Source: Balanoglossus misakiensis (Eukaryota > Animalia > Hemichordata). Taken from it: DNA of 64,000 nt. Location: contig CM082589.2 of NCBI GenBank assembly GCA_040954595.2, positions 7,065,186 through 7,129,185 of the forward strand, in the 5' to 3' direction. Below, one piece after another: positions 62,101 to 64,000 of the stretch (within the stretch, counting starts at the first letter, position 1; each line of letters opens with the position of its first letter). The notes beneath the pieces are model-generated. The model saw nothing but the letters and a program-made list of their open reading frames with translations. It was not told the origin of the DNA and did no database searches. The position numbers and the translations under genes were made by a program.

Positions 62101-64000
62101 TAAAACTAAAAGCCTGCCCCCCCCCCCCCCCTCGGTGTTTCAAAGTTTTACTGTATCACATTTATCCTCTACAAGCATTCTTACCAATTTGCTGTACAAG
62201 TGTATCTTTGCTATACCATGTTTTCAACTTGGCTTCTTTTGCTGGTTCCACGAGATTCTCGCCGGTAAGTCCACTGCATGGGATGTAGGCTACTTCGGAA
62301 TCCTGAAAAGGTGTGGATCTGACATTTATTTGGCGTAACAATTTTCAGTGTTGGTGAAATTGAGTTTCCATCATTTTAATAAGACTGTTCATAATCTGAA
62401 TGACTTCTTTCACTTCATGGAAAATGTCGGATCATTTCGCCACTTTTGAAAACGACAACACACCAAGATGTCATTCAGCATTTGGCGAGAATTCCCACTC
62501 CGCTGAAATACCACCTCAACTCACCTTGAAGCCTGCCTGCTTTAAAAAGTGTCCCAGTTTCGCTACAATCTCATTGTACCTCTCCTGCGACCAGCCCACG
62601 TTGTCCAATTTATTGACGGCGACCGCCAGTTGGGTGACGCCCAGCGACCTGACCAGCATTGCATGCTCTCGCGTCTGGCCGCCCGACTCGAAACCCGCTT
62701 CGAATTCACCACGGCTCGCATCAACTACTAATATTGCAACATCTGCCTGCAATGCGAAATGCAAATCAAAATGACAGTGGTTATTTTGGGGGGATGGCTT
62801 TCTTTTTCGCATTCTACACACAGAGACTTGCATGGATACTTTTAACCTAGCTAAGGAGTCTGACTAATAATTATATCAGCTGACTATGGTCACACTCCTT
62901 AGCTAGATCAAAATTATCCACTCTAGTATGGTCAGACTCTTTAGGTAGGTTAAAATTATCCACTCTAGTCTCTGTGTACAGAATGTCTTTTTCAATGATA
63001 TCAAAATTATATTGATTAGTTAGTTTGTTCTCAAGTTCGTTTACACACATAATTTGGTCTACTCCAATTCTAGGTTTCACTTCTGACATTTTCAAAGGGG
63101 TAGTTCTGTCTGAACTGTATGTGTGCGACTTTTCTGTTTATAAACACGCTATCAGGATCCCTCACCTGTGCGGCACCAGTAATCATATTAGGAATAAAAT
63201 CTTTATGTCCGGGTGCATCCAGAAGGGTTATAATCTTCTTGGTGGTTTCGAAATTGGTCAGACCAACATCCATTGTGATACCCCTGCAGAATACCAAAAC
63301 AAACAAAAAAATAAATAAAAACAGAAAAATCAGCTCACACTGGGCTAACCCAGTTGAAACACAAGTGTTACAATGGTGCTAGCATTATGCTGGCCATGGC
63401 AACATCCAGAGCTATTCTGAAGTATTGCAGTGGTATGCTATAAGATGGCACTATTGTGATACCTGAGCTAGCCCAGAGTCAGCCCAGTTGGAAAGTGAGA
63501 TGCGATATGTACTGTACTGTCCCTGTAAGTCACAGATTTTTATGTTTTCCTACGGTCTACTGTAAAAGGCTTTATTTTTACGAGCAATAAATTTTCGCTA
63601 TATACGCGAGAGCCAAAATAACGTGAAAATAAAAAGTCATGTAATTTTTTTTGAAGATATCGATGCAGTGAATGAAATAAGAGAACGCGAAAATTAATAC
63701 TCGCGAAACAGTGGCCTCTCTCGATATCGCGTAAATTTCAACTCGCGAAAATAAGGTGTTTTACAGTACTTGAGTGCACGACTCTAGAGGGCGCCCCTCA
63801 CCTTTCTCGTTCTTCGCCAGTTTCGTCCAAAACCCACGCGTATGCAAACGACGCCTTCCCGGCCTTCTTCGACTCCTGCTCGTACTTGTGCATGGTGCGC
63901 TTGTTGACGTTTCCCAGCAGGAAGAGGAGGTGGCCCATGAGTGTGGATTTGCCCGCGTCCACGTGTCCGATCACCACCAGATTGATGAGATCCTTGCCGC
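59130..64000 (-). CDS. HBS1L: HBS1-like translational GTPase, 3' part; exons >64000-63802, 63283-63166, 62746-62525, 62302-62185, 62025-61957, 61724-61620, 61462-61372, 60822-60714, 60373-60273, 59886-59742, 59138-59130
   Basis: [109 protein letters not shown]. Confidence 0.95.
60855..61211. mobile_element. AGGGACA-TIR TTAA MITE in an HBS1L intron
   Basis: Full-length relative of 29682-30014. Confidence 0.88.
63558..63768. mobile_element. TA-flanked ~210-bp MITE, copy 4
   Basis: Near-identical to 30464-30675. Confidence 0.9.

Noticed and set aside
62885-62970. 42-bp tandem duplication in an HBS1L intron (ORF 62871-63095)
   Set aside because: Simple local duplication; HBS1L exons join in phase without it.

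Overview
Gene-dense animal nuclear DNA with spliceosomal introns and many MITEs. Gene content suggests an invertebrate bilaterian, plausibly a deuterostome (inference). Spliced models were rebuilt by eye with consistent intron phases. In order: the 3' end of a sulfotransferase paralog and an intact Golgi-type sulfotransferase (+); a 5-exon THAP-BTB-zinc-finger gene (+); a FAM167/LURAP-like coiled-coil gene (+); PAPS transporter SLC35B3 (-) head-to-head with THOC1 (+, one GC-AG intron); a TRIM-NHL gene with a single coding exon (-); a divergent TRPC-like channel (-); two small paralogous secreted-peptide precursor genes (+) that the ORF track splits; and the 3' part of HBS1L (-). Best leads: (1) the unrecognised peptide-precursor pair, one copy interrupted at the signal-peptide junction by a 9-bp-TSD MITE that may be spliced out as a new intron; (2) the THAP+BTB+zinc-finger architecture; (3) the TRPC-like channel with a ~120-aa S3-S4 loop containing RVRR and no Zn-binding motif; (4) a family of tiny TA...TA MITEs with 9-bp TSDs. 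No database searches were run, so novelty is unverified.
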